NCBI RefSeq assembly: GCF_006345805.1
Contig: NW_021827285.1
Span: 1-10,538 of the forward strand
Source of the DNA: Octopus sinensis
Taxonomy: Eukaryota
DNA: 10,538 bases
Direction of reading: 5' to 3'
Shown piece after piece: positions 8,059 to 10,538 of the stretch. Each line of letters opens with the position of its first letter. Positions within the stretch are counted from its first letter, which is position 1. The position numbers were made by a program, and so were the translations under genes. The notes below the pieces were generated by a model. That model saw only the letters and a program-made list of their open reading frames with translations. It ran no database searches and was not told the DNA's origin.

Positions 8059-8201
8059 TTCTTTACGTTTTTGTTTTGTTTTTTTGTTGCTTTTTTTTGC
8101 TTTTTTCCTGCGAAATTTTGTCTAAATCTAATTTTGGTTGTTTTGCTTGTTTCTGTGTGAGTTTAATGGTACTCCTTTAAAGTCGGTGGCACTTCAGTTT
8201 A

Positions 8202-8213
8202 TATCATCAACAC

Positions 8214-8248
<35 letters not shown>

Positions 8249-8830
8249 ATCATCATCATCATCATCATCGTCGTCGTCGTCGTCGTCGTTATCATCGTCA
8301 TCATCATCATCATCATCATCGTCATCATCGTCGTCATCATCATCATCATCATCATCATCGTCGTCGTCGTCGTTATCATCGTCATCATCATCATCATCAT
8401 CATCGTCATCATCGTCGTCATCATCATCATCATCATCGTCATCATCATCATCATCACCATCACCATCATCACCATCATCTTTATCATCGTCATCATCATC
8501 ACCGTCATTATCATCAACACCATTATCACCGCCACCGCCGCTGCCAATACCATCATCATCGTCGTCGTCGTCATCATCATCATATCATCACCACCACTAC
8601 CGCCGCCGCCACCACCGCCACCGCCGCCACCACCACCACCACCACCACCATTATTACCACCATCACTGCTGCTATTATCATCATCATCATCATTATCATC
8701 ATCGACGTCGTCGTTGTCGTCGTCATCATTATCACCCTATCCCTGTCGTCATCATCATCATCATCATCATCACTACGAACCCCAGCTAACGCCAACACAA
8801 CTGCCGCCGCCGCCGCCGCCGCCGCCGCCG
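8202..8830. repeat. Compound (ATC/GTC)n, (ACC)n and (GCC)n trinucleotide array
   Basis: Seen directly; explains ORFs 8138-8992, 8194-8583 and 8580-8852. Confidence 0.95.
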
Positions 8831-9106
8831 CAGATATTAAACTGCAAATCAAAAATTACACTTGTATTAAAAATTGAGCAGAATAATGGTAAATTTCGTA
8901 GTAAAGAAAGAAAAAAAAAATGGTATGTTTTCGTTTTCTATAATGCTTTAGGAGTGGCGGAGTTGCGGGTGGATGGAGCCACGTCCACGTAGAATGAGAT
9001 TTAAAATGCGAAACCTTTCATTTTCATTTTCATATTTATCGACACGGTCTTCAGTAAATTTTAAGATTGTGGATTTCTTTTTGAATGTATAACTGCAAAA
9101 GTATTC

Positions 9107-9220
9107 ATACACACATACATGCATGCATAGATACATACATACATACATACATACATACATACATACATACATACATACATACAATACATACATACATACA
9201 TATATATATATGTATATATA
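9107..9220. repeat. (TACA)n/(TA)n microsatellite
   Basis: Seen directly. Confidence 0.95.
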
Positions 9221-9437
9221 AGTGCAAACAAGAGAGACAGAGAAAGGCAGACACAAGGAAAATGCCACTTATATTTGAACACTATACAAATATTCCTTTA
9301 AAAAACTTTTCTTTTAATTTTTCTAAATTTAATTATTTAATCGTTACAGTTGAAAAGGTCTCAAAATGACGAAATCGGTACTGAAATGTTCTTTATAAAA
9401 TTATTTTAGCATTTTCTATCTTGACTTGTTTTTTTTA

Positions 9438-9465
9438 ATATATATATATATATATATATAATATA

Positions 9466-9510
<45 letters not shown>
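9438..9510. repeat. (TA)n microsatellite
   Basis: Seen directly. Confidence 0.95.
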
Positions 9511-9517
<7 letters not shown>

Positions 9518-9555
9518 TGGAGTTGTAGGGTACCGCACGAGTGGATTAAATACGA

Positions 9556-9600
9556 AAGGTTTGAAAATGCAATTTTTAAAAAATTGCATTTTCAAACCTT
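9556..9600. repeat. Perfect inverted repeat, 22-bp arms with 1-nt spacer
   Basis: AAGGTTTGAAAATGCAATTTTT-A-AAAAATTGCATTTTCAAACCTT, extendable with ATACGAA/TTCGTAT across a bulge. Confidence 0.9.
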
Positions 9601-9629
9601 CTTTCGTATATATATATATATATTTCAAA

Positions 9630-9764
9630 ATGTAACCGGTGTATCGTTGGTGATTTACTTCCTCCGTCTTCCCTTCCTTTGGACTCTACTCCATTTCTGA
9701 CGAAGAGCAAAGCTCGAAACGTTAAATCCCCTTTCCTTCCTTTCCTGAGCGTCTGATAATACAT
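9630..9764 (+). mobile_element. Penelope-like terminal repeat fragment
   Basis: Second copy of 1641-1790 (GTGTATCGTTGG...TTCCTGAGCGTC), carrying a hammerhead motif. Confidence 0.65.
9693..9727 (+). ncRNA. Minimal type I hammerhead ribozyme motif, intact core
   Basis: Stem I AUUU/AAAU, core CUGACGA, stem II GAGC-aaa-GCUC, then GAAA, palindromic stem III AACGUU and NUH triplet GUU (9721-9723). Activity not shown. Confidence 0.7.
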
Positions 9765-9870
9765 TACATAATTAATTAAAAGACTTTTCCAGGTGGTGCT
9801 ATTGAGTTAGTTATGGCTGGGCCGTAATGGCCGAAACCAATCTAAGTATCTCAGTTATATTATATGTATG

Positions 9871-9914
<44 letters not shown>

Positions 9915-9937
9915 TGTATATGTGTATGCATGTCTAT

Positions 9938-10040
9938 GAGTCCTACTGCTTGGCACCTTGGACAAGTGTCTACTATAGCCTCGGGCCGACCAGAGCCTTG
10001 TGAGTAGATTTGGTAGACGGAAACTGAAAGAAGCCCATCA
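9938..10040 (+). mobile_element. SINE family B internal fragment between TA/TATG tracts
   Basis: GGCACCTTGGACAAGTGTCTACTATAGCCTCGGGCCGACC...GACGGAAACTGAAAGAAGCCCATC matches the other copies. Confidence 0.88.
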
Positions 10041-10147
10041 TATATTATATATATATATATATATATTATTATATATATACACTCTTTCTTTCTCACTCTT
10101 TTCTCTCCTCCTCCTCTCTCTACACGTATATCATACGTATGTATCTC

Positions 10148-10184
<37 letters not shown>

Positions 10185-10410
10185 TGTAGATGTGTGAGAA
10201 CGTATGTCAGTAAATTTATGACTATACATACATGCATAGGAAAACCATTTTTTCTGTCGAGGGCTTATATGCATACACACACAGACACACACACACACAC
10301 AGACACTTGTGTGTGCGTGTGTCAGTGTATATATATATATATATATACACTGACACACATATATATACATTCCTAGATACATACTTACATACACACACAC
10401 ACATATATAT
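10041..10410. repeat. Mixed TA/CT/CA/GT microsatellite field
   Basis: Seen directly. Confidence 0.85.
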
Positions 10411-10538
10411 CTACCCGCGCGCGCATATAGTGCCTTCTGTGTGTACGTCCATTCTTATACACCTCTCCCTACACACGTGTCATATACACCCGTCCAACCT
10501 CCCAGTCACCCGAGAGGCCATAAATATGACCGCGTGAG

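Noticed and set aside
8060-8200. Terminal inverted repeats and 8-bp TSD of the hAT element
   Set aside because: No convincing TIR pair found by eye here or near 4760-4905.
8138-8992. 284-aa ORF (poly-I/V/P/S/H)
   Set aside because: Open only because the trinucleotide repeats lack stops in this frame; non-ATG start and no domain.
10506-10522. TCACCC(A)GAGAGGCCATA similarity to 1249-1266
   Set aside because: Short gapped match with no flanking homology; compatible with chance.

Overview
Non-coding, repeat-saturated eukaryotic DNA: AT-rich, with dense microsatellites. The SINE, foldback and microsatellite content resembles octopus/cephalopod genomic DNA (inference from recalled repeat families, not a search). 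No intact host gene is supported, and almost all listed ORFs are microsatellite artefacts. Main contents: (1) one ancient hAT (Charlie/Buster-like) transposase on the minus strand, broken into three colinear pieces (7496-8058, 6787-6960, 4905-5600). The breaks are a SINE plus a deletion, and a probable piggyBac-like insert that itself carries a 42-bp minisatellite, a complete non-autonomous Helitron and a foldback MITE. (2) Four or five minimal hammerhead-ribozyme-like motifs in Penelope-type terminal repeats, one with an intact catalytic core (9693-9727). (3) A 900-bp composite foldback element: two hairpins inside one pair of 57-bp TIRs. (4) Six tRNA-type SINE copies or fragments. All alignments and translations were done by eye.
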